Of a stretch of 64,000 nucleotides of DNA, positions 48,046-56,306 are shown piece after piece. Source of the stretch: an uncultured Thermoanaerobaculia bacterium (lineage in GTDB: Bacteria; Acidobacteriota; Thermoanaerobaculia; Multivoradales; SZUA-115); assembly GCA_964420075.1 (NCBI GenBank), contig CAYQRE010000022.1:5825-69824 (forward strand), written 5' to 3'. The position numbers were made by a program, and so were the translations under genes. Numbering within the stretch: the stretch's first letter is position 1; each line of letters opens with the position of its first letter. Below the pieces are notes generated by a model. That model saw nothing but the letters and a program-made list of their open reading frames with translations. It was not told where the DNA came from and made no database searches.

Positions 48046-48560
48046 ACGAAGGCGGGATGTCGAACGGGCCGTTCTACGGCAAGTACCGCGGTAAGGTGAC
48101 CAATAACGTCGACCCGCTGCAGATGGGCCGCATCCAGGTCAGCGTGCCAGCGGTGCTCGGTGACGGCCGTCTGTCCTGGGCGCTGCCCTGCGCGCCGCTG
48201 GCGGGCCCGGGCGTGGGCTTCTACGCCGTGCCGCCCCTCGACGCCAACGTCTGGGTGGAGTTCGAGGCCGGGGACCCCGACTCGCCGATCTGGAGCGGCT
48301 GCTTCTGGGACAAGGGGCAGCTGCCCGTCAAGCCGGCGAACCCGTTCACCACCGTGCTCAAGAGCAAGAGCGTCACCCTCACCCTGGTCGATCTGCCGGG
48401 CGCCGGTGGCTTCACCCTCGAGGTCAAGCCGCCGGCGGTGGCCACACCGCTCAAGCTGGCCTTCACCTCGGCGGGGATCGAGCTCCAGAACGGCAAGAAC
48501 TCGATCAAGCTGTCGCCGGCCTCGGTGAGCATCAACAATGGCGCCCTGGAGGTGATCTAG
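48042..48560 (+). CDS. baseplate spike protein (P2 gpV / gp5-like OB-fold)
   Basis: 172 aa. N-terminal …GPFYGKYRGKVTNNVDPLQMGRIQVSVP… is the gpV/VgrG OB-fold signature. Confidence 0.75.
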   Translation: MNEGGMSNGPFYGKYRGKVTNNVDPLQMGRIQVSVPAVLGDGRLSWALPCAPLAGPGVGFYAVPPLDANVWVEFEAGDPDSPIWSGCFWDKGQLPVKPANPFTTVLKSKSVTLTLVDLPGAGGFTLEVKPPAVATPLKLAFTSAGIELQNGKNSIKLSPASVSINNGALEVI

Positions 48561-48883
48561 TGCCGGGCTTCCTCCTCCACAAGGGTGCCGTGGTGCAATG
48601 CGCCCACCTCGGGCGGGCGGAACCGATCCTCACCAACCCGCGGGTCAAGGTGGGCGGCCAGCCGGTGGTGACCCAGGCCGGCCCCTGGCGGGTCTCGGGC
48701 TGCACACTGCCGGCGCCGACGGCGGGCAACGGCCCCTGCCTCACCGCCCTGTGGAGCACGGCTGCCGTGCGCGTGCGGGCGAGCGGCCTGCCCCTCCTCC
48801 TCTTCGACAGCAAGGCGAGTTGCGTGCCGACGGCAACGCCGCTCACCGTCGTCGTCACGCAGCTGCGGGTACGCGGGCAATGA
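48560..48883 (+). CDS. PAAR-like spike-tip protein (DUF4280/PAAR family)
   Basis: 107 aa, Gly/Val-rich with conserved Cys/His (…VVQCAHLG…). Immediately follows the spike gene with a GTG overlapping the stop. Confidence 0.55.
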   Translation: MPGFLLHKGAVVQCAHLGRAEPILTNPRVKVGGQPVVTQAGPWRVSGCTLPAPTAGNGPCLTALWSTAAVRVRASGLPLLLFDSKASCVPTATPLTVVVTQLRVRGQ

Positions 48884-49245
48884 CCCAGGTCGGCTTCCCC
48901 TTCCGCCCCGATGGCAGCGGTCGCAGCGCTCTCGCGAGCGAGGAGCAGCACGTGCGCGACCTCATCGAGCAGGTGTTGTTCACGGCGCCGGGCGAGCGGG
49001 TGAACCGGCCGGACTTCGGTAGCGGGCTCCACCAGCTGCTCTTCGGCGCCGCGAGCCCGGAGCTCGCGGCGACCGTTCAGGCGGTGGTGCAGGGGGCCCT
49101 GCAGCAATGGCTGGCCGACCGCCTGCGGGTCGAGACGGTCGAGGTGAAGAGCGACGAGGCACGGCTGACGGTCACCGTCGTCTATTCGCCGCTCTCCGGC
49201 CTCGACCGCCGCGCCGTGGTCTTCGAGCGCGAGGTGGGTGGATGA
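48880..49245 (+). CDS. baseplate wedge protein gp25/GPW-like
   Basis: 121 aa with …VRDLIEQVLFTAPGERVNRPDFGSGLHQLLF…, the GPW/gp25 motif. Confidence 0.8.
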   Translation: MTQVGFPFRPDGSGRSALASEEQHVRDLIEQVLFTAPGERVNRPDFGSGLHQLLFGAASPELAATVQAVVQGALQQWLADRLRVETVEVKSDEARLTVTVVYSPLSGLDRRAVVFEREVGG

Positions 49246-51674
49246 GCCAGCCTGGCTTCGATCTCCTCGCCGATCCGACGGCCGACTTCCTGCGTGCGCG
49301 GCGGGCTGCCGTGGCGCAGCACGCGAGCCTGGTCGGCCTCGACCAGGTAGAGATCACAGCCTCGGCCCCCGGCAGCTGGCAGCTCGCCCTGCACTTCCTG
49401 CCGGCGGCGGCGGGCCGCGAGGGCAAGCACGCCGTGCTGGCCACAGTCGGCCCCGCGCAGATCGAGCTCCGCCTCGGCGCCGAGCTCGCCACGCCCTACC
49501 TGCTGGTCAGCAGTGTCAGCCAACCCGCTGGCCCGCCGCCAGCGCCGCGCCTCGACCTCACTGTCGTTCAGCCAGCCGCAGCGGCGGTGGGGCCGGCCGT
49601 CTTGACGCTGAGGGTGAACGGCCTTCCCGCCCTCGATCCGTTCTTTGCCTGCGTGCCCTTCTCGCTGCAACCGGCAGCTCCGGCGGCGAGCGATTGCCAG
49701 TCCGCGGCCGTGGCCAGCGCGCCGGCCGCGGCGCCAGCCGAGGCGGCGATCTCCTACCTCGGCCGCGACTTCCTCTCCTTCCGCCGCTTCCTCCTCGACC
49801 GCCTGGCCGTCAACATGCCGAGCTGGCAGGAGGAGAACCCGGCCGACCCCTGGGTGGCCGTCCTCGAAGTGCTCGCTGACGCCGCCGACCGGGTGAGCTA
49901 CTTCGAGGATGCCGTCGCCACCGAGGCCTATCTCGGCACGGCGAGGCGGCGGATCTCGGTGCGCCGGCACGCTCGCCTGGCGGGCTACCGGTTGGAAGAG
50001 GGGGCCAACGCCCGCACCTGGGTGCGGGTGACGGCGGTGGCCGACGGCGCCACGCTGCCGGCCGGGAGCCAGCTCCTCTCGCGCCTTCCCGGCCTGCCCG
50101 CCGTCCTCGCCCCCGGCTCGGCCGAGCTCGACTTGGCGCGGGCGCGCGGGCCGCTGGTCTTCGAGACCCTGCACGCGCTCGACTTGGTCGTCGCCCACAA
50201 CGTGCTGCCGCTCTACGATTGGGGGGCGCCGACCTACGCCCTGGCCGCGGGGGCCACCGAGGCGGTGCTCGACGGTAGCTTTCTCGACCTTTCCGCGGGG
50301 GACGTGTTGGTGCTGGCCGAGGTGGCCGGCCCGCAGAGCGGCCTCGCCGCCGACGCCGACCCGGCCCACCGCCACGCCGTGCGCCTGACGGAGGTGGCGC
50401 TCGGCAGCGACCCCCTGGCGAGCGGCGGTCCGCGGCCCTTGACCCTCGTGCGCTGGCACCCTGAGGACGCTCTGCCCTTCACCCTCTGTCTGGCGGCGCC
50501 CGTGGGCAGTGCCACCGTCCGCGGCCTGGCCCTTGCCTGGGGCAACGTGGTGCTCGCCGACCACGGGGAGACGATCGCCGCCGAGGCGCTCGGCACGGTG
50601 GCGGACGGCACGCCGTTTCGTCCGACCCTGGTGCGCAGCGGCCTGGCCTTCGTGCGGCCCTACGACGACGCTGCCGCCCGCGCCACGAGCGCCACCGCGG
50701 CGCTTGCGGCGAGCAGCACCGCCGTCCCCGCCCTCGCCCTCGACGACGGGACCGCCAGCTGGCAGCCCCGAGAAGACCTGCTGGCCAGCGGGCCGACGAG
50801 CCGGGACTTCGTGGTCGAGATGGATGACGAGCGGCGGGCCCGCCTGCGCTTCGGCGACGGCAGCAACGGCCTCGCGCCGGCGGCGGGGTCGACCTTCGCC
50901 GCCCGCTACCGGGTGGGCGGAGGTTGCGCCGGCAACCTCGGACGCGGCGGCCTGCGCCACGTGGTGGCGGCGGGCGCCGCGGTCGGCGGTGCCGAGAACC
51001 CGCTCCCCGCCGTGGGGGGGAGCGAGCCCGAGGAGCTGGCGAGCGCCCGCCAGCTCGCCCCCCAGGCGCTCACCGGCGGCGGCCGCTGCGTGAGCGTCGC
51101 CGAGTTCGCCTGCCGCGCCGAGGAGCACGCCGCCGTCGCCCGCGCAGCCGCCGACCTGCGCTTCAATGGCAGCTGGCACCTGCTGACGGTGGCGGTCGAG
51201 CGCCGCGACGGCGCCGCCCTGCCCCCGGCTTTCACGGCGGAGCTCGCCGCCTTCCTCGAAGCCGACCGCCTGGCTGGCTGGGAGCTCGCGGTGGTGCCGG
51301 TGAGCTACGTGGGCCTCGACATCGCGTTCGCCGTGGTGGTCGAGCCGGCCGCCTTCCGTGGCGTCGTCGAGCGCGACCTGCTAGCGGCCCTCGGCCCGGA
51401 GGGCTTCTTCGCCCCCGGCCGCTTGCGCTTCGGCGAGGCGGTGTACCTGGGGCCGCTGGTGGCGGCGGCGCAGGCGGTCCCCGGGGTGCGCGCCGTCGAG
51501 CTCGACCCGGCGCCCGGCGGGCGGGCCCGCTTCCAGCGTTGGGGAGAGCCGCCGCGGGGTGAGCTGTCGCGCGGCGAGATCTCGCTCGGCGGCCTCGAGG
51601 TCGCCCGCCTCGACAACGACGCGGCCCGCCCCGAGCGTGGCCGATTGACGCTCTACCTGGAGGGTGGGCGGTGA
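49242..51674 (+). CDS. large baseplate protein (gp6/gp7-like wedge component, uncharacterised)
   Basis: 810 aa. ATGA-coupled between the gp25-like and J-like genes. No specific motif assigned. Confidence 0.5.
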   Translation: MSQPGFDLLADPTADFLRARRAAVAQHASLVGLDQVEITASAPGSWQLALHFLPAAAGREGKHAVLATVGPAQIELRLGAELATPYLLVSSVSQPAGPPPAPRLDLTVVQPAAAAVGPAVLTLRVNGLPALDPFFACVPFSLQPAAPAASDCQSAAVASAPAAAPAEAAISYLGRDFLSFRRFLLDRLAVNMPSWQEENPADPWVAVLEVLADAADRVSYFEDAVATEAYLGTARRRISVRRHARLAGYRLEEGANARTWVRVTAVADGATLPAGSQLLSRLPGLPAVLAPGSAELDLARARGPLVFETLHALDLVVAHNVLPLYDWGAPTYALAAGATEAVLDGSFLDLSAGDVLVLAEVAGPQSGLAADADPAHRHAVRLTEVALGSDPLASGGPRPLTLVRWHPEDALPFTLCLAAPVGSATVRGLALAWGNVVLADHGETIAAEALGTVADGTPFRPTLVRSGLAFVRPYDDAAARATSATAALAASSTAVPALALDDGTASWQPREDLLASGPTSRDFVVEMDDERRARLRFGDGSNGLAPAAGSTFAARYRVGGGCAGNLGRGGLRHVVAAGAAVGGAENPLPAVGGSEPEELASARQLAPQALTGGGRCVSVAEFACRAEEHAAVARAAADLRFNGSWHLLTVAVERRDGAALPPAFTAELAAFLEADRLAGWELAVVPVSYVGLDIAFAVVVEPAAFRGVVERDLLAALGPEGFFAPGRLRFGEAVYLGPLVAAAQAVPGVRAVELDPAPGGRARFQRWGEPPRGELSRGEISLGGLEVARLDNDAARPERGRLTLYLEGGR

Positions 51675-54265
51675 GCGACCTCCTCGCCAACCTCGCCGGC
51701 AAGCCGCCGGCGACAGCACCGGGGCCGACACTCGGTACGAGCGCAGGAACCCCGGCCGGCCCGGCGAGCCTCGCCTTCCGTACCGGCACGCAGGCGAGCT
51801 TCCGGGCGCGGCTGCTCGCCGCGCTGGCGACGATCGCCATCCCGGACGGTCCCTACGCCGGCAGCCGCCCGCTCGCCGACCTCGCCGTCCTCGACCCCAG
51901 CGACCCGGCGATCGCCCTCGTCGACGCCTGGGCCGCGGCCCTCGACGTGCTCACCTTCTACCAGGAGCGGATCGCCAACGAAGGCTTCCTGCCGACGGCC
52001 GGCGAGCGGCGCTCGCTCCTCGAGCTGGCGAACCTGGTGGGCTACGCGCTGTCACCGGGGCTCGCAGCGAGCGTGTTTCTCGCCTTCACGGTGGAAGAAG
52101 GGGCAGGCGGCCCGGAGTCGGTGGTGGTGCCGGCGGCCACCCAGGTGCAGAGCATCCCCGGCCAGGACGCCCAGCCGCAGACCTTCGAGACGGCGAGCGA
52201 GATCACCGCCCGCGCGGCGTGGAACGCCCTCGCGCCCCGCCTGTCGCGCCCGCAGGTGCTCCCCGGCGCGACCGCCGTCTACCTCGCCGGGACGGCGACC
52301 GGCCTGGCCCCTGCCGACCTCCTCGTGGTGGTGGGCAGCGACGCCGCCGGCGCCTTCTCCGGCGCCAGCGTGGCGCGGGTCCAGGCCCTGGCCACGGACG
52401 ACGCGCTCGGCAGCACCAGGGTGGACCTCGCGGCGCCGCTGGCCGTGGCGCCGGCGGCGAGCTTCGCGGTCTTCGCCCTGCGCACCCAGGCGGACTTCTT
52501 CGGCCACAGCGCTCCCAACTGGGGCAGCCTGCCACGCAGCAGCGTGTTCCGCGACGACCCCTTCGACGAGGCCGTGGCGGCCAGCAACTGGGACACTGGC
52601 CGTACCGTGTGGACGGACTCACAGGGTCGCCTGCTGAGCAGCCTGCGGGGCTTCGAGGCGAACCTCGACGGCCCGGTCGCTGGCCTCGTGGCCGGCGGCT
52701 GGGTGGTGCTCGTGGGGACGACCCTCGATGGCGGCGAGGCGACCGAGGTCTACCGGCTGACCGCGGTGGCGAGCCTCACCCTCGCCGACTACTCGCTCTC
52801 CGGCCCGGCCACCGCCCTCGGGCTCGCCGGCGCCGACGGCTCGGCGCTGCCGGGCGAAGAGCTGCTGCGCACCCGTTTCGATTTCCGGCGCACCCGAGCC
52901 TACCTGGCGAGTGAAGAGCTGGCGCGCGCCGAAGAGCCGATCGTGGCGCCTTTGCCCAACCTCGAGGAGGACGGCGGCTTCGCCAACCTGACCCTCGCCG
53001 GTGAGGTCACGGGCCTCGCTCTCGGCCAGGCCATCGCGCTGCGGGGCGAGCGCAGTGACGGCACGGGGCCGGCGAGCGAGCTCTTCACCCTGCACCGCAT
53101 CGACGCGGTGGCTGCGGCGGGAGGAGCCGGGCCGTGGACGCGGCTGCAGTTCGACCGCCCGTTGGCGGCGAGCTACCAGCGGGAAAGTGTGCGGCTCAAC
53201 GCCAACGTCGTCCTCGCCAGCCACGGCGAGACGGTGAGCGAGACGCTCGGCAGCGGCGACGGTACCCAGGCCCGGCAACGCTTCGCGCTGCAGCGCTCGC
53301 CCCTGACCTACCAGCCGGCGCCGGCTGCCGGTGGCGTTGCCAGCAGCCTCAGCGTGCAGGTGGACGGGGTCGCCTGGCGCGAGGTGAAGACCCTTGCCGC
53401 GGTCGACGGCGCCAGCCGCAGCTTCATGATCGAACGCGATGACGGTGGCGGCGGCGCCGAGCGGGCGAGCGTCGTCTTCGGCGACGGCCAGCACGGCGCC
53501 CGGCTGCCGAGCGGCTTCGAGAACGTGACCGCGGTCTACCGCACCGGCCTCGGCGCGGCGGGAGCGGTACCGGCCGGGGCCCTGTCGTTGCTCGTCACCC
53601 GGCCGCTGGGGGTGAGCGAGGTCACCAACCCGCTGGCCGCCAGCGGGGCGGCGCCGGAGGAGGACGTCGAGGCGGCGCGCCGCAACGCCCCGCTCGCCGC
53701 CCGCACCCTCGGCCGCCTCGTCTCGCAGCGGGACTTCGAGGACTTCAGCCGTGCCTTCGCCGGCATCGCCAAGGTCCAGGCGGCCCCCTTGCTGGGCCTC
53801 CACCTGACCGTGGCGGGCGTCGGCGGCAGCGCCGTCGTCCCCGGCTCGGAGCTCTATCGCAACCTGGTGCAGGCGATCACCGACCTGCGCCTGCCGGGGC
53901 CTCCCGTGCGCGTCGACAGCTACGCCGCGGTGCCCTTCCGGCTGGCGGCGAAGCTGCTGCTCGATCCGGCCTACCTGCCATGCGAGGTCTTCGCTGTCGC
54001 GACCGCGGCCCTCGCCGGCGCTTTCGGTTTCGACCGGCGCGAGCTGGGCCAGGGGGTCGAGGCGTCGGCGGTGATCGCCGTCCTCCAGGCCATCGAGGGC
54101 GTCGTCGCCGTCGACCTCGACGCCCTCTACCTGGAGGGCGAGGAGCCAGCTTTCCAGTCCTCACTGCGGGCACGCCCGGCCCGCCTCGAAGGCGGTCGGG
54201 TCCGCCCGGCCGAGCTGTTGCAGCTGGCCGCGGACGGCGTCCTCCTGCGGAGCCGGACGCCATGA
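51671..54265 (+). CDS. baseplate J-like protein (gp6/P2 gpJ family)
   Basis: GTG overlapping the upstream stop. 864 aa. …LDVLTFYQERIANEGFLPTAGERRSLLELANLVGY… resembles the baseplate-J conserved core. Confidence 0.65.
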   Translation: MSDLLANLAGKPPATAPGPTLGTSAGTPAGPASLAFRTGTQASFRARLLAALATIAIPDGPYAGSRPLADLAVLDPSDPAIALVDAWAAALDVLTFYQERIANEGFLPTAGERRSLLELANLVGYALSPGLAASVFLAFTVEEGAGGPESVVVPAATQVQSIPGQDAQPQTFETASEITARAAWNALAPRLSRPQVLPGATAVYLAGTATGLAPADLLVVVGSDAAGAFSGASVARVQALATDDALGSTRVDLAAPLAVAPAASFAVFALRTQADFFGHSAPNWGSLPRSSVFRDDPFDEAVAASNWDTGRTVWTDSQGRLLSSLRGFEANLDGPVAGLVAGGWVVLVGTTLDGGEATEVYRLTAVASLTLADYSLSGPATALGLAGADGSALPGEELLRTRFDFRRTRAYLASEELARAEEPIVAPLPNLEEDGGFANLTLAGEVTGLALGQAIALRGERSDGTGPASELFTLHRIDAVAAAGGAGPWTRLQFDRPLAASYQRESVRLNANVVLASHGETVSETLGSGDGTQARQRFALQRSPLTYQPAPAAGGVASSLSVQVDGVAWREVKTLAAVDGASRSFMIERDDGGGGAERASVVFGDGQHGARLPSGFENVTAVYRTGLGAAGAVPAGALSLLVTRPLGVSEVTNPLAASGAAPEEDVEAARRNAPLAARTLGRLVSQRDFEDFSRAFAGIAKVQAAPLLGLHLTVAGVGGSAVVPGSELYRNLVQAITDLRLPGPPVRVDSYAAVPFRLAAKLLLDPAYLPCEVFAVATAALAGAFGFDRRELGQGVEASAVIAVLQAIEGVVAVDLDALYLEGEEPAFQSSLRARPARLEGGRVRPAELLQLAADGVLLRSRTP

Positions 54266-56289
54266 GCGAGCGCCTCTACCACCGCTTGCCGGAGGTGATC
54301 CGGCGGCGCGACCACGAGGTCGGCGAGCCGCTGCGCGCCCTCCTCCTCCTTCTCGAGGGCGAGCTCGTCGCCGTCGAGCGGGACGTCGCCGGCCTCTATG
54401 AAAGCTGGTTCCTCGAGACCTGCCCGCCCTGGGCGGTGCCCTACCTCGCGCAGCTCCTCGGGGTGAGCGTGCTGGGCGACCCCGCCTACGCCGAGGCCTC
54501 GCCGCGCACCCAGCTGGCGCGGGCCGTGGCCTACCGCCAGCGCAAGGGCACGGCGGCCGTCCTCGAACGCCTGGCCCGCGAGGTGGTGGGTTGGCCGGCG
54601 CGCGCCGTGGAGTATTACCGGCACCTCGCGCACACCCAGAACCCCACCCTACTTCGCTTCGACCAGGGGCGCCTCTTCGACCTCCGCCGGCCGGGCGACG
54701 CCAGCCTCCAGGGCGGGCCGTTCGAGCCGCCGGAGCGCTTTCGCAGCGTCGACGTGCGGCGCATCACCAGCGGCCGCGGTCGCTACAACGTGCCCAACCT
54801 GGGCCTCTTCCTCTGGCGGCTCAAGGTCAACCCGCTGACCGCCACGGCACGGCGGCTGACCTCCGGCTCCGGCCGCTACACCTTCGACACCTTGGGCCGC
54901 GACGTGGCGCTGTTCAACCCGGCGCCGCCCTTGCCGGCGAACGGCGAGCGCCAGGCCGCCGAGCACCAGCTGCCCGTGGCCCTGCGGCCGGCGGCGCTCG
55001 CCGCCGACCTCGGGCTCTACTACGGCAGCGACCTGGCCTTCGCCGTCGAGGCCGACGGGGCGCTGGTGCCCCTCTCCGCGATCGTGGTGAGCGACCTCGG
55101 CGCCTGGGCCGCACCGCCGGCCGGCAAGGTGGCGGTCGACCCCCTGCTCGGCCGCATCCTGTTCGCGGCCGATCGCCTGCCGGCGGCGGTGGACTCGGTG
55201 CGGGGCCGCTACGCCTACGCCGCGGCGGCCGACCTCGGCGGCGGCCCCTACCCGCGGGCGGCGACGCTCTCCGATCTGGCGAGCGCGCCGTTCACAGCCA
55301 CCGTCAGCAAGGCGGGAGCGGTCACCACCCTGCAGCAGGCGATCAGCCTCTGGCAGGCGGACGGCCGGCGCGACGGGGTGATCCGCGTCGCCGACGCGGA
55401 GAGCTACGGCGGCAGCCTCGCCGTCGCCTTACCGGCCGGTGGGCGTTTGGCGATCGAGGCGGCGGACGGCGTGCGCCCCACCCTCAATCTGGTGGGCGCC
55501 TTCGCCGTCTCGGCCAGCGACCGCGGGGCGACCCTCACCCTCAACGGCCTGCGCCTGGCTGGCGCCATCGAGCTCACCGGCAGCCTCACCCTGCGCCTGC
55601 TCCACACGACGCTCGTCCCCGGGAGCGGGGACAGCCTGCGCGCGGGTGCCGGCGGGGTAGGGGAGCTCGCGGTCGAGATCGAGTGCTCGATCGTCGGTGC
55701 CATCCGCCTGCCGGCGGGGATCGTCGGCCTGCTGGCCCGCGACAGCGTCCTCGACGGCAACGGCCGGCGGGCCCTCGCCGCCAGCGACGCCGACGATCCG
55801 CCGGGCCCGGCGAGCCAGCTCGAGCGGGTGACGGTGCTCGGCGGTGCCGCCCTCGACGCCCTGCCGCTCGCCACGGAGGTGCTCTTCGCGGCCAGCGTGG
55901 TGGTGCGCCACCGCGCCGAAGGTTGCGTGCGCTACAGCGCCGCCCCAGCCGGCTCGCAGCTGCCGCCGTGCTTCCGCTGCCAGCCGGACCTGGCGCTCGT
56001 CCGCGAGGCCGAGGCCCTGGGCCTGGCGAGCCTGCCGGACCCCTCGCCCGACCGCGCGCGGGTGCTCGCCGCCTTGACGCCGCGGTGGACCTCGACGCGC
56101 TACGGCGACCCCGGCTACGCGCAGCTCGCCGCCGGCAGCCATCCGGGCCTCGCCGAGGGAGCGGAGGATGGCGGCGAGATGGGGGCCCTGCACTCCCTGG
56201 CCGAGCCGCTGCGCCGCCGGCAGCTCGCCGAGCTGGTGGCCGAGTACGGCCGCTTCGGCCTCGAAGTGGGGAGTTTCTTCGTCACCTGA
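54262..56289 (+). CDS. phage tail protein, P2 gpI-like (Tail_P2_I family)
   Basis: N-terminus MSERLYHRLPEVIRRRD…PLRALLLLLEGEL… matches the P2 gene I family signature. Confidence 0.7.
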   Translation: MSERLYHRLPEVIRRRDHEVGEPLRALLLLLEGELVAVERDVAGLYESWFLETCPPWAVPYLAQLLGVSVLGDPAYAEASPRTQLARAVAYRQRKGTAAVLERLAREVVGWPARAVEYYRHLAHTQNPTLLRFDQGRLFDLRRPGDASLQGGPFEPPERFRSVDVRRITSGRGRYNVPNLGLFLWRLKVNPLTATARRLTSGSGRYTFDTLGRDVALFNPAPPLPANGERQAAEHQLPVALRPAALAADLGLYYGSDLAFAVEADGALVPLSAIVVSDLGAWAAPPAGKVAVDPLLGRILFAADRLPAAVDSVRGRYAYAAAADLGGGPYPRAATLSDLASAPFTATVSKAGAVTTLQQAISLWQADGRRDGVIRVADAESYGGSLAVALPAGGRLAIEAADGVRPTLNLVGAFAVSASDRGATLTLNGLRLAGAIELTGSLTLRLLHTTLVPGSGDSLRAGAGGVGELAVEIECSIVGAIRLPAGIVGLLARDSVLDGNGRRALAASDADDPPGPASQLERVTVLGGAALDALPLATEVLFAASVVVRHRAEGCVRYSAAPAGSQLPPCFRCQPDLALVREAEALGLASLPDPSPDRARVLAALTPRWTSTRYGDPGYAQLAAGSHPGLAEGAEDGGEMGALHSLAEPLRRRQLAELVAEYGRFGLEVGSFFVT

Positions 56290-56306
56290 GGAGGGTGGAG
56301 ACCGGG

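Noticed and set aside
54591-56306. N-terminal 570 aa of ORF 54591..58652 (frame continues upstream of the fibre paralog 1 start)
   Set aside because: Arg/Pro/Gly-rich and overlaps the well-supported P2-I-like gene. The real start is the Met at 56307, which has a GGAGG RBS and N-terminal homology to the other two paralogs.
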